Part shown: positions 8,975-18,550 of the stretch, in pieces
How positions within the stretch are numbered: the first letter of the stretch is position 1
Layout of the letters: each line of letters opens with the position of its first letter
DNA from: Myxococcales bacterium
GTDB taxonomy: Bacteria > Myxococcota_A > Polyangia > Polyangiales > Polyangiaceae
Assembly: GCA_947473045.1 (NCBI GenBank)
Contig: CANJCO010000013.1
Span: 14,038-78,037, forward strand
Direction: 5' to 3'
Length of the DNA: 64,000 nucleotides
Translations under genes and position numbers: made by a program
The notes under the pieces: generated by a model
What the model was told of the DNA's origin: nothing
What the model saw: only the letters and a program-made list of their open reading frames with translations
Databases searched by the model: none

Positions 8975-10588
8975 ATGGCTATTTCCTGCGACTTTCTCGT
9001 TATCGGCAGCGGCATCGCCGGGCTTTCGTTCGCCCTGGAGGCCTCGAAGTTCGCAGACGTCGTGCTCGTCACGAAGCGGGGCGCAGACGAGGCGAACACG
9101 AAGTACGCGCAAGGCGGCATTGCAGCGGTGCTCGACCACGGCGACACCTTCGAAGCCCACATTGCCGACACGCTCACCGCCGGCGCGGGCCTGTGTCACG
9201 AGCGCGTGGTCGACTTGTGCGTGAAAGACGGGCCGGGCCGCATTCGCGCGCTTCAGGAAATCGGCGCGCGGTTCGACAAGAGCCACCAGCCTGGCGAAGG
9301 TCACGCCGATCTCGACTTGCACCTTGAGGGCGGGCATTCGGCCAGGCGCGTTGCGCACGCGGGGGACATGACCGGGCGCGAGGTCGAGCGCGCGTTGCTC
9401 GAGGCCGTGCTCGGATCGCCCCGTGTTCGCGTGCTCGAAGACCACATGGCGATCGACCTCATCACGCTGGAAAAGTACGGCGGTCCTGAGGTCTGCGCGG
9501 GCGCCTACGTCCTCGACGCTGCCGGCGGCAAGGTCTCGACCGTGCTCGCGCGGGCGACGGTTCTGGCCACCGGCGGGGCAGGGAAGGTTTACCTGTATAC
9601 GACCAACCCCGACGTCGCGACGGGTGACGGCGTTGCGATGGCCTATCGCAAGGGCGCAGAAATCGCCAATATGGAATTTTATCAATTCCACCCTACGTGT
9701 CTTTATCACCCGCAGGCCAAGAACTTCCTCATCAGCGAAGCTCTGCGCGGAGAGGGCGCGATTCTTCGGAACACCGACGGCCACGCCTTCATGCGCTCGC
9801 ACCACCCACAGGCCGATCTCGCGCCTCGCGATATCGTCGCGCGGGCGATCGACTTCGAGATGAAAAAGAGCGGCGCGGACTGCGTGTGGCTCGATATTAC
9901 CGACAAAAAGCCAGCGTTCGTGCGCGAGCGTTTTCCGGGGATTCACTCGGAGTGCTTGAAGTACGGAATCGACATTACCCATCAGCCCATTCCGGTGGTG
10001 CCGGCCGCTCACTACATGTGCGGGGGCATCTCGACCGATCTCGAGGGGCGCACGACCATTCCTGGGTTGTGGGCGATCGGTGAGTGCGCCGCGACTGGAT
10101 TGCACGGCGCCAATCGTCTGGCGTCGAATTCGCTGCTCGAGGGGGCCGTGTTCGCGCATCGGGCGGCTGAGGCCCTTAGAGGAATCGACCGCACCAAAGC
10201 GCTTCCCGAGGTGCCGGATTGGGATGCGAGCGCTGCCGCGAGCAGCGACGAAGCAGTCGTGATCTCCCAAAACTGGGATGAGCTCCGTCGCTTGATGTGG
10301 AATTACGTCGGTATCGTGCGCTCGACGCGCAGGCTGAAGCGCGCCGCGCGCCGCATCGCGATGCTCCAGGAGGAGATCCTCGAGTATTACTGGAATTACT
10401 TCGTCACGCGCGATCTGCTCGAACTTCGAAATATCGCCACTGTCGCGCAGCTCATCGTCGACGGGGCGATGTCCCGCCGCGAGAGTCGGGGGTTGCACTT
10501 CACGATCGACTACCCTGAACACGACGACCGCCTCGCGCGCGACACCGTGGTGAAGCGCGGCGTGGCGCCGCACCTGCGCGGAACCTGA
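8975..10588 (+). CDS. nadB: L-aspartate oxidase
   Basis: FAD fold VIGSGIAGLS, YAQGGIAAV, and succinate DH/fumarate reductase flavoprotein-type body with C-terminal RESRGLHF. An equal-length antisense ORF is rejected. Confidence 0.9.
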   Translation: MAISCDFLVIGSGIAGLSFALEASKFADVVLVTKRGADEANTKYAQGGIAAVLDHGDTFEAHIADTLTAGAGLCHERVVDLCVKDGPGRIRALQEIGARFDKSHQPGEGHADLDLHLEGGHSARRVAHAGDMTGREVERALLEAVLGSPRVRVLEDHMAIDLITLEKYGGPEVCAGAYVLDAAGGKVSTVLARATVLATGGAGKVYLYTTNPDVATGDGVAMAYRKGAEIANMEFYQFHPTCLYHPQAKNFLISEALRGEGAILRNTDGHAFMRSHHPQADLAPRDIVARAIDFEMKKSGADCVWLDITDKKPAFVRERFPGIHSECLKYGIDITHQPIPVVPAAHYMCGGISTDLEGRTTIPGLWAIGECAATGLHGANRLASNSLLEGAVFAHRAAEALRGIDRTKALPEVPDWDASAAASSDEAVVISQNWDELRRLMWNYVGIVRSTRRLKRAARRIAMLQEEILEYYWNYFVTRDLLELRNIATVAQLIVDGAMSRRESRGLHFTIDYPEHDDRLARDTVVKRGVAPHLRGT

Positions 10589-10595
10589 CGGCCTG

Positions 10596-12509
10596 CTAGA
10601 GTCGGACGGCCGGCTCGACGAGCGCGAAGGTGACGCCGGGCGCCAGCCGGTATCGAACCTCTCCGCCGCGGACGCGCTCGACCGACGAGGCCTTGCCGAA
10701 AAGTTCGCGAACGCGCGAAATAAGCACGCGTACGCGATGATCGGCGTCTCGGGTGGCGGGCGACTTCGGCGCGATATCGTCGGCGCGCAGGCCTTCTCCG
10801 GCGCGCATGAGGAGCTGCACGACGAGAGGCTCGAGCGCGCGCTTTCGCTCTATGTCGCGCCTCTGTCCGAAGGCGACGAGCGAGTGGTTCGCGAGGTCGA
10901 GCGAAACGTCATACCGCCCGAGGATCGCGTGCAGGTCGCCGCGCGCCATGCGCGTCGTTCCTTCTCTGGTGGTCAGGTACACGCGCTCGGTCGATTCAGG
11001 TTCCACGGTCGTGCGCGGCGGTGGTGCGGCGATCGGATCGCTGAAGGTGCCGAGCAGCTTTCGCGCGTAGTCCGCGGAGCGGGAATCGCTGCCGCCCAGC
11101 GCAAATCGAAGCAGCGCGGTGGTTGTTGCGCGCTCAGGAAATACCCATCCGTGCGCTTCGGCGGCGGCGGCGGCCCGGCCCACGCTGGCGCGCGCGAGCT
11201 CGAGGTCGCCGACCGCGAGGGCGGCGCGTCCCACGATTACGTTCAAATGACCGGTCACCGGCGACGCTGGAAGTCGCGACGTTTGCGATCTGCCGACGGC
11301 GATGGCCTCCGCGAAGGCCCCGCGGGCCTCCAGGACGCGAACGTTCGCGGCGACGAAATACAACGCGTCCGCGTCGTCGAGCGGCGCGGCGGCGCGTGTC
11401 AGACGCGCGGCCTTTGCGAGGGCTGACGTCGCTGCATCGATGCGTCCCAGCATGGCGAGCGCCATCGCTTCGCGCGACGCGAGGCGGTAGCCGAGCGGCC
11501 GCTGGTTCGCCGCTGGGGGCACTTGGCGCGCGCGCGCGATCGCCTCCAGCGCTTCTGTAGGGCGATCGGCCGCGACCTCGATGGTCGCGAGCACTTCGTA
11601 GGCATCGGCCAGGCGATTTCCCGCGCGCTGCGCGAACGCGATCGCGTCTGTGGCGCGCGCGAGCGCCTCCGCGCGTCGACCCACCGCGCCAAGAGCGAGC
11701 GCCGCGTTCATGTTGGCGTGGATCGCAGCGCCGGTCCCCGGCGCAATGGCTGCGATCGCCGCCGCGTAGTGGCGAGCGGCCCGGCGCGGATCGCCCGCCC
11801 GTGCGGACAGATCGGCCATCTCCGTATCGACACGCGCGCGCCATCCGCCGCTCCCGATCCCATCGGCGACTTGCTCGGCCAATGCGAGTGCATCGGCTGC
11901 GATCGCAGGGCGACCGCGGCGCAACTCGAGCGACGCAATGGCGAGTCCGCGCTCGAGTTGCGCGCGCGCGCCCGTGCCGACCGGCGCCTGCGCGATGGCT
12001 GATGCCGCTCGAAACAGCTGCGTTTCAGCCTCGTCGAACCGTCCTTCGTCGGTCGCGATCACGGCGCGCGCATTCGCAAGCCGGGCGACATCAAGCGGAC
12101 TCCAGCCCGCCGGCGCCGACGGAAGCGAAGCAGACAACGATCGCGCGCGGTCGACATGGCCGCAGTCGCGATACGCGCGCAGCAGGCGGACCGCGAAGGC
12201 GGGCTCGAGGTCGCCATTGCTCGCGTGCAGCGCTTCGAGCCAGTCCACCATGAACGCGCTGTCGTCCGCCTCCGCGATGCGGTCTAGCAGGCGCGCTACA
12301 AGTCCAGTTGCGACGCCATGCTGCGACGCGGAGGCCTCGCGCACGGCGTCGGTCGGGGCACACGGCGGGTGCCCGCGCACGCCCCGCAACGCTGCTGGCG
12401 TTGTTGCTCCGCGCTCGCGCCTCGCCATCGAGCCGCGGACGCTATCGCCGCTTTCGCCGCCATGCACGGATGAACGCGCGGGCCGGATTGGCGCCCTTCG
12501 GCGGCGCAT
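10596..12509 (-). CDS. Putative transcriptional regulator: helical/TPR-like N-terminal body with C-terminal OmpR/PhoB-type winged-helix
   Basis: C-terminus ...LVVQLLMRAGEGLRADDIA...VRVLISRVRELFG...VERVRGGEVRYRLAPG resembles Trans_reg_C. The start is uncertain; Met at 12428 is an alternative. Confidence 0.6.
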   Translation of the reverse strand: MRRRRAPIRPARSSVHGGESGDSVRGSMARRERGATTPAALRGVRGHPPCAPTDAVREASASQHGVATGLVARLLDRIAEADDSAFMVDWLEALHASNGDLEPAFAVRLLRAYRDCGHVDRARSLSASLPSAPAGWSPLDVARLANARAVIATDEGRFDEAETQLFRAASAIAQAPVGTGARAQLERGLAIASLELRRGRPAIAADALALAEQVADGIGSGGWRARVDTEMADLSARAGDPRRAARHYAAAIAAIAPGTGAAIHANMNAALALGAVGRRAEALARATDAIAFAQRAGNRLADAYEVLATIEVAADRPTEALEAIARARQVPPAANQRPLGYRLASREAMALAMLGRIDAATSALAKAARLTRAAAPLDDADALYFVAANVRVLEARGAFAEAIAVGRSQTSRLPASPVTGHLNVIVGRAALAVGDLELARASVGRAAAAAEAHGWVFPERATTTALLRFALGGSDSRSADYARKLLGTFSDPIAAPPPRTTVEPESTERVYLTTREGTTRMARGDLHAILGRYDVSLDLANHSLVAFGQRRDIERKRALEPLVVQLLMRAGEGLRADDIAPKSPATRDADHRVRVLISRVRELFGKASSVERVRGGEVRYRLAPGVTFALVEPAVRL

Positions 12510-12573
12510 TGAACAGCGGGGCGATGCTTGCCCCTTTCACGCGGGGCGACTTCGGGTATTGTGCGCCCACTCC

Positions 12574-13722
12574 ATGGCCCAACCCTCCCTTACTGAAACG
12601 GGCGCGTCGGCAGGGCACTCGCCGTCGCTCGACCCAAACGCCAGCGATGTGATTCGTGTGCTGCGCGATGATGGCACGCTCGATCCCGCAACTGATCCCA
12701 AGCTGAGCGACGACGCCGTCGTCGCGCTTTTCCAGCACATGGTCTTCGTTCGCGTGCTCGACGAGCGGCTCGTGACGCTGCAGCGGCAGGGCCGCATCGG
12801 CTTTCACATCGGCTCGCTCGGCGAAGAGGCCGCGATTCTCGGCTCCGCTTTCGCGATGCGATCCCAGGACTGGCTGTTTCCCTGCTACCGCGAGTTCGGC
12901 GCGGCGCTTTGGCGCGGGATGACGCTGCAGTCGTATATCGACAACATGTTTGGCAACGCTGGCGACCCCGCGCACGGTCGGCAGATGCCCGATCACTATA
13001 CCGCGCGGGCGGCGAAGTTCGGCTCGATCAGCTCGCCGATCGGCACGCAAATCACGCAAGGCGCTGGTTTCGCCTGGGCTGCGAAGATCAAACGGGACGA
13101 CCTCGTCGCCCTCGTCTATTTCGGTGAGGGCGCAACCAGCTCCAACGAGTTCCACAACGGTCTGAACTTCGCCGGGGTGTTCAAGACGCCGAACGTGTTT
13201 TTCTGCCGCAACAACGGCTGGGCGATCAGCGTTCCGGTTGAACGTCAGACCGCGAGCGAGACGTTCGCGGGCAAAGGCGTGGCCTATGGCGTCCCTGGCG
13301 TTCGCTGCGACGGAAACGACTTGTTTGCCGTCATCAAGGCAACGCGCGACGCGGTCGCCCACGCGGCTTCGGGCAAAGGCCCCGTGCTGATCGAAGCGCT
13401 GACGTATCGCCTGAGCGGCCACTCGACGAGCGACGATCCGAAAGCTTACCGCAAGGACGAGGTCGTCGAGGCATGGAAGCAGCGCGATCCGCTGGTTCGC
13501 CTACGAAAATACCTCGACGGCCGATCGCTCTGGAGCGACGCGCTGCAGTCCGAGCTCGAGTCGAAGGTAGACGCCGAGATCAAGACGGCCGTAGCGGTCG
13601 CTGAAAAAAAGCCGCAGCCCTCGCTCGAGTCGATGTTCGACGACGTTTTCGCCGAGCTTCCCTGGCACCTCAAGGAGCAGCGCGCCCAGCTGCTCGCCGG
13701 CGTTCGCGCCAAGGGCCACTGA
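12574..13722 (+). CDS. bkdA1: Branched-chain 2-oxoacid dehydrogenase E1 alpha subunit
   Basis: ThDP motif region GEGATSSNEFHNGLNFA and YRLSGHSTSDDP (BCKDH-type). ORF-track entry 11938..13722 has a false 5' extension antisense to the regulator. ATG 12574 is in frame. Confidence 0.9.
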   Translation: MAQPSLTETGASAGHSPSLDPNASDVIRVLRDDGTLDPATDPKLSDDAVVALFQHMVFVRVLDERLVTLQRQGRIGFHIGSLGEEAAILGSAFAMRSQDWLFPCYREFGAALWRGMTLQSYIDNMFGNAGDPAHGRQMPDHYTARAAKFGSISSPIGTQITQGAGFAWAAKIKRDDLVALVYFGEGATSSNEFHNGLNFAGVFKTPNVFFCRNNGWAISVPVERQTASETFAGKGVAYGVPGVRCDGNDLFAVIKATRDAVAHAASGKGPVLIEALTYRLSGHSTSDDPKAYRKDEVVEAWKQRDPLVRLRKYLDGRSLWSDALQSELESKVDAEIKTAVAVAEKKPQPSLESMFDDVFAELPWHLKEQRAQLLAGVRAKGH

Positions 13723-13771
13723 AACTTCTGCACTTGCAGCCGCACTCAAGGTTACCCGGAGACCGCTCGAG

Positions 13772-14746
13772 ATGACCCAGATGAACATGGTCCAGGCGAT
13801 CAACAGCGCGCTTCGTCACGAGATGAAGCGCGACGATCGCGTTGTCGTGCTTGGCGAAGACGTCGGCAAAGTCGGCGGCGTTTTTCGCGTGACGCAGGGC
13901 CTCTTCGACGAGTTCGGAGACGACCGCGTCATTGATACGCCGCTCAGCGAGGGCGGGATCATCGGCTGCGCGATTGGGATGGCGCTCTACGGCCTCGTTC
14001 CTGTTCCGGAGATTCAGTTTTCGGACTTCATCTTTCCTGCGTATGATCAAATCGTAAGTGAGCTAGCAAAGTTCCGCTACCGTTCCGGCGGCGAGTACCC
14101 CAGCAAACTGGTGATTCGTACGCCCGTTGGAGGCGGCATTCGGGGCGGGCACTATCACTCGCAGTCGCCGGAGAGCCTGTTCATTCACGTAGCTGGCCTC
14201 AAGGTCGTGTGCCCGTCGAACCCGCACGACGCGAAAGGCCTGCTCCTTGCGTCAATTCGCGATCCCGACCCTGTGCTGTTCTTCGAGCCGAAGCGCATCT
14301 ATCGCGCGGCCAAGGGCGACGTCCCCGACGAGGATTATACGGTCCCGATCGGCAAGGCGGCGATCTCCCGCGAGGGCAAGCACGTCACCATGATCGCCTG
14401 GGGAGCCATGCTCTACGAGGCCCTCGCTGCCGCCGATCAGGCCGCTGAACAGGGCGTCGATTGCGAAGTGATCGATCTGCGGACCCTTTGGCCCGTCGAC
14501 ATCGATACGATTATTGAGAGCGTCAAGAAGACCGGCCGCGTCGTGGTCGTTCACGAGGCCCCGAAGACCTGCGGTTTTGGCGCCGAGCTGATCGCCCTCA
14601 TCAATGAAAAGGCCTTCCTCCATCTCGAGGCTCCGCCGGTTCGCGTCACCGGCTTCGACACGCCATTCCCCTACACACTCGAAAACGAGTATCTCCCGCT
14701 CGCGCACCGCATCCTTCCGGCCGTCCTCGAGACGGCTCGCTACTAA
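13772..14746 (+). CDS. bkdA2: Branched-chain 2-oxoacid dehydrogenase E1 beta subunit
   Basis: MVQAINSALRHEM..VLGEDVG..GGVFRVT is a typical E1 beta N-terminus; transketolase-like C-terminal domain. Confidence 0.9.
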   Translation: MTQMNMVQAINSALRHEMKRDDRVVVLGEDVGKVGGVFRVTQGLFDEFGDDRVIDTPLSEGGIIGCAIGMALYGLVPVPEIQFSDFIFPAYDQIVSELAKFRYRSGGEYPSKLVIRTPVGGGIRGGHYHSQSPESLFIHVAGLKVVCPSNPHDAKGLLLASIRDPDPVLFFEPKRIYRAAKGDVPDEDYTVPIGKAAISREGKHVTMIAWGAMLYEALAAADQAAEQGVDCEVIDLRTLWPVDIDTIIESVKKTGRVVVVHEAPKTCGFGAELIALINEKAFLHLEAPPVRVTGFDTPFPYTLENEYLPLAHRILPAVLETARY

Positions 14747-14755
14747 GAGGTCACG

Positions 14756-16129
14756 ATGGCCAAGTGGGAATTCAAGCTCCCGGATATCGGCGAGGGTGTC
14801 ACTGAGGGCGAAATCGTCCAGTGGCTCGTCAAAGAGGGCGACGTCGTCAAAGACGATCAACCCATGGTCGAGGTCATGACCGACAAAGCCACCGTGACGA
14901 TCGCATCGCCCCGTTCAGGGTTGATCGCGAAACTCGGTGGCAAAGTTGGCGAAGTCGTCGCTGTGCATTCGGTATTGGTGTTGTTCGAGCTCGGCGGCGC
15001 ACCGGTCGCGCCGGCTGCGACTCCGGCCCAGGGCGCCGCGGTAGAGAAGGACGAGGGCCCTGCCGCGACCGCCGTCGGCGATATCAAGGAAACCCTCCCC
15101 GGCATGGGAGCTCGCAAGGCGCCCGCCGCTGCCGCGCTTCCCGCAGCGACCGCCGCGTCGACCTACTTCAACGAAAAGCCGCTCGCGACGCCGGCGACGC
15201 GCAAGGCTGCCCGCGATCTCGGAATCGACCTGAAGCGGGTGCCCCCGACTGGCGCGCAGGGTCGTGTCACCAAGGAAGACGTTGGCAGCTTTTCGCGCGG
15301 CGCGGCGACTGCCGTTGCGCCCGCTACGCCCGCGGCAGCCGAGCCGCCTCCGGCGCCCGTCGCATCAGCGAAGACTCAGGCGCACGCGCCCGTCTCGATC
15401 GCGCCACCGTCCACCGCACACGCGGCCCTCGAAGAGCGCGTGCCTTTCGCGGGCATGCGGCGGAAGATCGCCGCGAAGATGGCGCAGTCGGTACACACGG
15501 CCGCCCACTTCACCTTCGTCGAAGAGTGCGACGTCTCGGCGCTCAAGGCGCTACGTGAGCGACTGAAGCCCGCTGCTCATGCGCAGGGCGTCAAACTTAC
15601 GTTTTTGCCGTTCATCGTGAAGGCCGTAGTCGCCGCTCTGAAGAAGTATCCCGTGCTCAACTCTGCGCTCGATGAAGCCAGTAATGAGCTGGTATATCGT
15701 AAATATTATAATGTAGGCATCGCCGCGTCGACCGACGCCGGCCTGATGGTGCCTGTCGTCAAAGACGCTGACCGGCGCAGTCTGCTGGGAGTGGCCCGCG
15801 AAATCGAGCGCCTCGGAACCGACGCCAAGAACGGGAAATCGAAGATGGAAGACCTCTCGGGGTCGACCTTCACGATTACCTCTCTCGGCGCCGACGGCGG
15901 GCTGTTCGCCACGCCGATTATCAACTTTCCGGAAGTTGGCATTCTCGGCGTGCACCAAATCAAGCAGAAGCCAGTGGTGCGAGAGGGGCAGATCGTCATC
16001 GGCGAGGTCATGCTCCTTTCGCTTTCGTTCGACCATCGAATCGTCGACGGTCACGTCGGCGCGGCGTTCGCGTACGACATTATTCGGTATATCGAAAATC
16101 CCGATCGCCTCTTCCTCGAGATGACCTGA
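14756..16129 (+). CDS. bkdB: Dihydrolipoamide acyltransferase E2 component
   Basis: Lipoyl domain with MTDKATV, an Ala/Pro linker, a subunit-binding domain (ATPATRKAARDLGIDL), and a catalytic domain ending SFDHRIVDG. Confidence 0.9.
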   Translation: MAKWEFKLPDIGEGVTEGEIVQWLVKEGDVVKDDQPMVEVMTDKATVTIASPRSGLIAKLGGKVGEVVAVHSVLVLFELGGAPVAPAATPAQGAAVEKDEGPAATAVGDIKETLPGMGARKAPAAAALPAATAASTYFNEKPLATPATRKAARDLGIDLKRVPPTGAQGRVTKEDVGSFSRGAATAVAPATPAAAEPPPAPVASAKTQAHAPVSIAPPSTAHAALEERVPFAGMRRKIAAKMAQSVHTAAHFTFVEECDVSALKALRERLKPAAHAQGVKLTFLPFIVKAVVAALKKYPVLNSALDEASNELVYRKYYNVGIAASTDAGLMVPVVKDADRRSLLGVAREIERLGTDAKNGKSKMEDLSGSTFTITSLGADGGLFATPIINFPEVGILGVHQIKQKPVVREGQIVIGEVMLLSLSFDHRIVDGHVGAAFAYDIIRYIENPDRLFLEMT

Positions 16130-16139
16130 GCGCCCGTCG

Positions 16140-17318
16140 TCACTGACCACATTGGTCGGTGTAGGTGACCCCGCAGGGATGCGCCTTTGGCGTAGCCTGG
16201 AAGACGTTGCCGACCGCCGCCGCCTCGCTGGTGAAGCCGATGCCGATGCTCAGCGCGTCGCATCGGGCGCTGGTGTTGTCGTTTTGCAAATCGGCTGTCA
16301 AGTCAGCTGCCTTGCATATCTCGCCGCGCAGCGCCTGATAGGTGAGATCGCTCCCGCAGAGCCACTGATTCGCGACGATCGGGTCGGGAATATATTGCAT
16401 CGCGGTGAGTACTGCGCGCGACGACCAGCGCCCGGCCATGCGCCCTTCGGTCAGGCCGTAGCCGGCTCCGGACTTTTGGAGTCTGCCGGTAATCAGACCT
16501 CCCTTGAGGTCGAGCGAGAGGCCCTGAGCGCCGCCCAGGGCGAACGGAAAATCGAGACTCCCCACCAGCGCACCGCCCGCGACGTAGGCGTTGCTGTCGA
16601 CGAAAAGCGATTTGAAGGGAGGCTTCGCTGCAAGCCCGCCGAGGACGCTCGAGTCGTCTACAGACCAGACGTCGCTGCCATCGTGCGCCGGGGCGGGGTG
16701 GCTTGTACCGGGCGCAATCCCGTCCGAGATGTACACAGAGAGCTCGACGCGACTGTCGTCGGCGAGGCCGTTGTAACCGCTGACCTGCAGCACCATTCCC
16801 ACGTCGCCTTGGCTGATGCGCTTGGTGATGTTCGCAGAGTCAAAGATGCCAGCGCTGATGAGCGCGAACTTGCTGAAGAGGGCGCCGGCTGCGTTGTCGC
16901 GCCCTCCATCGCCGTCGCAGTGCGGCGGTGCGCCGGTCGCCGGGACGCACGACTCGGCGGCAGGGCAGGTGCAGGTGCGATCGAGATCGTAACTGAGCGC
17001 CGTGCCGGCATCGAGCCCGAGGTCGACGTTCGATAGCGCCATAGTGAAGGCGATCGTGCCGCCGTCGAGGTCGGAAATCGATGGGCGTGGCGGAGGGAGT
17101 GCGTGCTGGCAACCGTCCGAGGCTTCGACGGCGCCATCGAGATTGGGGCCGCTTGCATCGCGGGCCGCCTCGATCCCGGCGTCGCTCGCGCCGGTCGACA
17201 GCAGCGACGGATCGTAGACTGCGCACGCCGCGATGAGGCCGGGCCCGCACGCGGCCACGGCCGCCGAAACAATGGCGCGCCTCACAGCGGACATGAGTCC
17301 GTCCATTGAGGGCCACAC
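16140..17318 (-). CDS. Cys-rich hypothetical lipoprotein, paralog A
   Basis: Lipobox region IAAC-AVYDPSLL, motif CTCPAAESC..HCDGDGGRDN, C-terminal CG..YTDQCGQ. Collinear similarity to the upstream gene. The likely start is 17294 (MSAVRR...). Confidence 0.7.
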   Translation of the reverse strand: MWPSMDGLMSAVRRAIVSAAVAACGPGLIAACAVYDPSLLSTGASDAGIEAARDASGPNLDGAVEASDGCQHALPPPRPSISDLDGGTIAFTMALSNVDLGLDAGTALSYDLDRTCTCPAAESCVPATGAPPHCDGDGGRDNAAGALFSKFALISAGIFDSANITKRISQGDVGMVLQVSGYNGLADDSRVELSVYISDGIAPGTSHPAPAHDGSDVWSVDDSSVLGGLAAKPPFKSLFVDSNAYVAGGALVGSLDFPFALGGAQGLSLDLKGGLITGRLQKSGAGYGLTEGRMAGRWSSRAVLTAMQYIPDPIVANQWLCGSDLTYQALRGEICKAADLTADLQNDNTSARCDALSIGIGFTSEAAAVGNVFQATPKAHPCGVTYTDQCGQ

Positions 17319-18451
17319 GTATCGGCGCCGGCATCACCAGCCGCGAGCACGCTGCCGAACGTCGCAGGCGCTGCGGTGAAGCCGAGCCCTACCGACACGG
17401 CATCGCACGGCGCGCCCTTGCCGTCGTCCGTGACGTTCGTCGCGAGGTCCGGCAGGGTGCAGACTTGTGCCTTGACCTGCTGATAGACGGGGTCGGTGCC
17501 GCAGAGCGACAGCGTCGGCGTGACCGGATCGCGCCCGGTACGCAGCGCGGTGAGCAGCTTGCGCGCCTGCCATCGCCCGGCGATCACGCCGCCGTCCATC
17601 TTGAATGTGCTACCCGACCGCGTCAGCGTTGCCATGATCGTGGCGCCGGACAGCTCGATCGTGACCGGCGCCGGCGGAGTCCCGGCGCGCGGGCGAATGG
17701 GCAAATCGAGGTGCGCGACCAGCTTGCCGCCGGCAACGTAGGCGCTCACGTCGACTGCGCTGACGGGAATCGGCGGGCCGCCGTCGGCGATGGCCCCGCC
17801 CAGGAGTGAGTCGGGGTCGAGTGTCCACTTGTCGGTACCGTCGCCGGTCGGAACTTTTGGAAGGCCGCTCTGTGCGCCCTCGGTTCCGTTCGACGCAAAA
17901 AACGAGACCTCCACTTGCGTGTCGTCGGGGCCGCCGTTGTAGCCCCGGACACGAATGAGCCCTCCGAACACGCCTTTCGACAATCGCTCGCTTATCAACG
18001 CCGGACTCCAGAAGGCAGGATACTGCGACAACTGCGCGAAGAGATCCTCACCGCTGTTGTCGATGCCGCCTGCGCGATCGCAACGCGCCTTGTTGCCGCT
18101 CGCGGGCGTGCAAGATGGGCCTTCGGGACACGTGCAAACACCATCGAGATCGAAGCCTGTAAGCGCCGCCGAGCCACCGTCGCGCGGGCCAAAATCGAGC
18201 GACGTAAGGGCGTTGTAGAAGTCGATATTCGGGGCGCCTCCCGGCGAGTCGGCTGCGGGTCGCGCGGGCCAACGTGCGCGGACGCAAGGCGTGGCCGCCT
18301 CCGATGCGTCTACGCCTGCGCTCGCTTCGACCTCCACGAGCAGCGAGCGATCGTAGAGCGAGCAGCCACCCCACGCGGCCGCACATGCTGACGCGATCGC
18401 GACCGTAGTCCCCACTCCTGTGCGGCATGCGACGCGCATCGAATGAGTCAC
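17282..18451 (-). CDS. Cys-rich hypothetical lipoprotein, paralog B
   Basis: WGGC-SLYDRSLL, CTCPEGPSC..RCDRAGGIDN, C-terminal CGPQWTDSCPL. Same length class and motif order as paralog A. Confidence 0.7.
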   Translation of the reverse strand: MTHSMRVACRTGVGTTVAIASACAAAWGGCSLYDRSLLVEVEASAGVDASEAATPCVRARWPARPAADSPGGAPNIDFYNALTSLDFGPRDGGSAALTGFDLDGVCTCPEGPSCTPASGNKARCDRAGGIDNSGEDLFAQLSQYPAFWSPALISERLSKGVFGGLIRVRGYNGGPDDTQVEVSFFASNGTEGAQSGLPKVPTGDGTDKWTLDPDSLLGGAIADGGPPIPVSAVDVSAYVAGGKLVAHLDLPIRPRAGTPPAPVTIELSGATIMATLTRSGSTFKMDGGVIAGRWQARKLLTALRTGRDPVTPTLSLCGTDPVYQQVKAQVCTLPDLATNVTDDGKGAPCDAVSVGLGFTAAPATFGSVLAAGDAGADTCGPQWTDSCPL

Positions 18452-18539
18452 GTTATCGCGCGCCGCGGCTGTCCGCTACGCGCTCGTTGACGTCAGGTCC
18501 GGCGGCCGGCACTCTTGTGGTCTGGGGCGCTCAGCGCCC

Positions 18540-18544
18540 GGAGG
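18540..18544 (+). promoter_or_regulatory. Shine-Dalgarno GGAGG, 6 nt before ATG 18551; immediately preceded by a 6-bp stem hairpin gggcgc-tca-gcgccc (18525-18539)
   Basis: Read directly from the sequence. Supports the 18551 start over 18515. Confidence 0.5.
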
Positions 18545-18550
18545 CTACCG

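Noticed and set aside
8960-10573. A 537-aa minus-strand ORF exactly mirrors nadB. Similar long antisense ORFs include 620..1864, 23195..24241, 24232..25404, 25536..26867, 41623..42828, 45550..46575, 46656..47717, 49341..50621, 50913..51974, 52842..54227, 55146..57584, 57609..59393 and 60237..61178.
   Set aside because: In high-GC DNA the antisense frames of real genes lack stop codons. These translations are Arg/Gly/Ala/Pro-rich with no recognisable motifs, while the opposite strand carries clear family signatures in every case.
11938-12573. 5' extension of the E1-alpha ORF (ORF-track entry 11938..13722, 594 aa).
   Set aside because: The extension is antisense to the regulator gene, is Ser/Arg/Ala-rich and has no E1 homology. 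E1-alpha similarity begins just after the in-frame ATG at 12574.
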